64,000 nt of DNA from a virus. A program made the translations under genes and the position numbers. Numbering within the stretch: the first letter of the stretch is position 1; each line of letters starts with the position of its first letter. The stretch is from positions 1-64,000 of IMG/VR virus record IMGVR_UViG_3300027881_000008; one strand, 5' to 3'. The notes beneath the pieces are model-generated. The model did not search any database, had not been told where the DNA came from, and worked only from the letters and a program-made list of their open reading frames with translations. Of this stretch, positions 63,933 through 64,000 are shown piece by piece.

Positions 63933-64000
63933 AGGTGGAGCCCTGGACGCGAGGCAATCGGACAGGCTTTTGAGCGCGCTCCGAGAGCACTCACGGGAGT

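Noticed and set aside
1-64000. Eukaryotic virus origin suggested by the basic core protein, SNF2, J-domain and phosphatase
   Set aside because: Shine-Dalgarno sites, coupled operons, sigma70-like promoters, PG-binding domains, SLT and ArdA all indicate a bacterial host. The host phylum cannot be determined from this window.
1-64000. tRNA, rRNA, IS elements, terminase/portal and packaging ATPase
   Set aside because: None recognised by eye. The only P-loop motifs found belong to the DnaB and SNF2 helicases; divergent copies could have been missed.

Overview
The whole 64-kb window reads as part of one high-GC bacterial virus genome, or a virus-like replicon/provirus. I see no host housekeeping genes, rRNA, tRNA or CRISPR. 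Layout: (1) 1-6.9 kb, minus strand: low-complexity proteins, a transglutaminase/papain-fold Cys-His-Asp enzyme and a long coiled-coil protein. (2) 7.3-12.8 kb: replication module (putative initiator with internal GATC iterons, DnaB-like helicase, CHC2-TOPRIM primase, D5-like C-terminal domain). (3) 12.9-34 kb: a long coupled structural-type operon with an extremely basic membrane-anchored 803-aa protein, three beta-rich candidate jelly-roll capsid proteins, and about 15 Pro-stalked C-terminally anchored proteins; most of the anchored proteins carry an N-terminal G-(hydrophobic)-G motif and three have peptidoglycan-binding domains. (4) 34-44 kb: Nudix, two glycosyltransferase genes, a CX5R phosphatase, and one intact plus one degenerate lytic transglycosylase. 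(5) 44-59 kb: divergent accessory/anti-defence genes (TGT/DpdA-like, C5 methyltransferase, Mom-like, DUF2786, SNF2 helicase, ArdA, CoiA-like nuclease) with junction repeats and twin palindromes at the strand switch. (6) 59-64 kb: XRE repressor switch with a 17-bp operator that recurs elsewhere, an SSB-like protein and a 1198-aa tyrosine recombinase. No terminase, portal, HK97 capsid or tail gene is recognisable. Best inference: a large, probably temperate, tailless internal-membrane phage with a motif-directed protein sorting or maturation system. All family calls come from motif recognition by eye; no database search was run.
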